A DNA stretch of 64,000 bases from positions 16,554,001 to 16,618,000 of the forward strand of contig CP075493.1 in NCBI GenBank assembly GCA_021613535.1, written 5' to 3'. The translations under genes and the position numbers were made by a program. Positions 61,587 to 64,000 of this stretch are shown here, one piece after another. Every line of letters starts with the position of its first letter. The stretch's first letter is position 1. A model generated the notes under the pieces. That model saw only the letters and a list, made by a program, of their open reading frames with translations, ran no database searches and was not told where the DNA came from. This stretch comes from Adineta vaga. Lineage: Eukaryota; Animalia; Rotifera.

Positions 61587-61651
61587 AGTTTTGAGGGTGA
61601 AGGTGTGGGTGTAAATTAAGAATAGAAACCCACACTTTCACCCTCAAAACT
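61587..61651. repeat. Near-perfect telomere-like hairpin (24-bp arms, 17-nt spacer)
   Basis: AGTTTTGAGGGTGAAGGTGTGGGT / ACCCACACTTTCACCCTCAAAACT, 23 of 24 positions complementary. Confidence 0.9.
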
Positions 61652-61857
61652 CTGTAATGCGATATTCTGTTAGAATTAAAATGTAAAATACGATAAAGAA
61701 TTGACCTTATATAAAACATTTTTACTCTTAACACTTGAACATTCCTTCCAATTTATATTTCACTAAGCTTTCGAAAAACGTTTTTTTGTTTTTAAATAAT
61801 CTGTAGATGTTTTTGTTATATATGTATACATCAAATTGCTTTTTGTTTGATTTTTAG

Positions 61858-64000
61858 ATGGATAATATTGCATTGGATGAACCAGTTAATTCTTTTTCGG
61901 TTGATTATGCTTCTCTTTCTCAAGAAAATAATCAAATAAACAGAAACCATGTATTTCTAACGCACAAACGAACCCTATGCGTTGTTTTATGTCTGTTAAC
62001 AGTGGCGGTTGTAATATTACTGGTGACCTTGATGGTTTTATCAAAAACACATAATAAAATTCCATACGTAACATATAGCACAACAACATCATCACCATCA
62101 CTATCAACAATAACAACAACGACAACAACAGCAGCAACAACAACGGCAACATCAACGACAACAGCAACAATAACAACAACGACAACAACAGCAGCAGCAA
62201 CAACAGCAACATCAACGACAACAGCAACAATAACAACAACGACAACAACAGCAGCAGCAACAGCAACAACAACAATAACAACGACAACAACAACGGCAAC
62301 ATCAACGACAACAGCAACAATAACAACAACGACAACAACAGCAGCAACAGCAACAACAACAATAACAACGACAACAACAACGGCAACATCAACGACAACA
62401 GCAACAATAACAACAACGACAACAACAGCAGCAGCAACAACAGCAACATCAACGACAACAGCAACAATAACAATCACAACAACGACTGAATTCGTATCAA
62501 AAATTCAAAGTCAGAAAAAAATTTTATACAAATTGTTTTCGACACGATATGTCTTAGAATTTCCTTTTGAAAAAGTTCGCGATCCAGGTCGATCAATCCC
62601 ACGTTAGCTCTTATCGAATCGGACTATATTGATATAATTCTATAGGTGCCGAAGACCTTAGTCTACTATCTCTAAAAAGAGCGCTCGTAAAATTTGCAAC
62701 AGTTGACATTTTGCCGACGGAATCCAAGATAATTTTGTCAGCTGGAACCCTTCTGAATTCTATTTCTACACGAACACTAAGAGAAAAATCAGAGACTCTA
62801 AATGAATCTTTTTCTTCTATCCGTCGACGACGGAAATTGACGAAAAAGGAATAATGAATTTTTCTATAATCAAAAAGCGTGTTTTTTGAATCTAAGTATC
62901 TGTACCAGTGAACATGTTACAATGCTAAAAAATAGTTTTTATACTTAAACTAATATGTCTCACACGATACTGAAAACGTCATTGAACAGCTATCTATAAC
63001 GCTCGATTATGACTCTTGTTCACTGCTTTATAATATCCTGATCAATGTCTTTTCTAAATAAAACTATACTAACGAAAATTTTCAGCATTAAGTAAGTTTT
63101 ACCTAATATATGTGAATTAATATACTGTAAAGAATTTTTATCGTTACAACAATCAGTAAATACGTATATTGACACTGAATTCTTTATGTAACTGATATAC
63201 TTCAAAATCAAGTCGGATGATTTTCATTAATTCTGTAGTTCATGTTGATTCGACTTTAAGTCTAGATCATTCACTTTTACTTTGCTCTCTATTCACATGC
63301 CACAAAATTCAAAATAGTTAAAACTTCAGTCTGAATCCTGAATTAATGCTCCATTTATATTTCGTATTTCAATCATGCGTTAGTATTTTTCTCGTAATTC
63401 TGTCTTGTATGATTATCAATAATATTATAATTATACTGTTCTTTTTTATTGATTACTTAGCATCAACAACTCAAATCGTAGTACCATCATCTTGCTCTAT
63501 TCCAGCTACGAACGCCGAATGGAACCAAGAAAGTACAATTTTGGTAAATCCTATTGGTCAATGTCTTTCAAATGACTATGGACTTTGTGGAGCACGAGAT
63601 TTCTTTATTGATAATATTCATGATAACCTTTATGTTGTCGATACAGGAAATAACCGTATTCAAAAGTACTCATTAACTGAACCATTCGATCCTCAACAAG
63701 GTGCAATTGGTATAACTGTTGCTTCCAAAGGTCTCATACAACCTGAAAGTATTTTTGTTGATAGTCAGACAGAAGATATGTATATACTAGATCATAAGAC
63801 GAAAATAATAGATTCCTCATATGATCCAGCCTATCGTGTTCAATTATGGAAGAAAAATGATGAAACTGGAAAACTTTTATTGGGTGAAGTAGCAGAATAT
63901 AGATATGGAGCGCATTCACATTTAACATTGGATAAAGAAATGAATATTTATGTTGCAACAAGATATTATATAAGAAAATGGCTATCATCGACTAACTATA
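61858..64000 (+). CDS. Type II membrane protein with a Thr/Ala mucin-like stalk and an NHL-repeat beta-propeller (runs off the window)
   Basis: TM segment LCVVLCLLTVAVVILLVTLMVL, tandem Thr repeats at 62080-62487, and an exon from 63461 with LYVVDTGNNRIQKY and GLIQPESIFVD. Confidence 0.8.

Noticed and set aside
61886-62477. Poly-Leu and poly-Val ORFs on the minus strand
   Set aside because: They are antisense shadows of the ACA-rich Thr stalk on the plus strand.
62550-63265. Possible Helitron or MITE in the intron of the NHL gene
   Set aside because: The composition differs slightly, but I found no convincing TIRs, TSD or A|TC...CTAG|T junction.

Overview
This is AT-rich eukaryotic genomic DNA with many short (~50-100 nt) GT-AG introns. 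The gene content suggests a bdelloid rotifer (inference): intronless rhodopsin-type GPCRs, FG-GAP/NHL/PAN proteins, non-metazoan-like AKR, DUF3494 and phage tail-collar genes, and an Athena-like Penelope RT. It reads like a dynamic, subtelomere-like region. It holds about 20 intact or near-intact genes, many pseudogenes, two piggyBac remnants, a LINE remnant and a tRNA-like element. A 7.2-kb CACTA/EnSpm element (24560-31779, 2-bp CA target duplication) splits a PAN-CAP gene mid-codon. The endonuclease-less Penelope RT has a downstream hammerhead-like motif. The most striking unexplained signal is a dispersed family of short (45-120 bp) hairpins: G-rich (TGTGGG/TGAGGG)n on the left, C-rich (CCCACA/CCCTCA)n on the right. 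This is the geometry of head-to-head telomere repeats, and several copies sit at the breakpoints of truncated genes or transposons. Other highlights are a secreted protein ending in a phage tail-collar/HxH needle module, an ice-binding-protein gene interrupted by 709 bp of foreign DNA, and a tandem pair of CaaX-tailed AIG1-like GTPases. All gene models were built by eye and no database searches were run.
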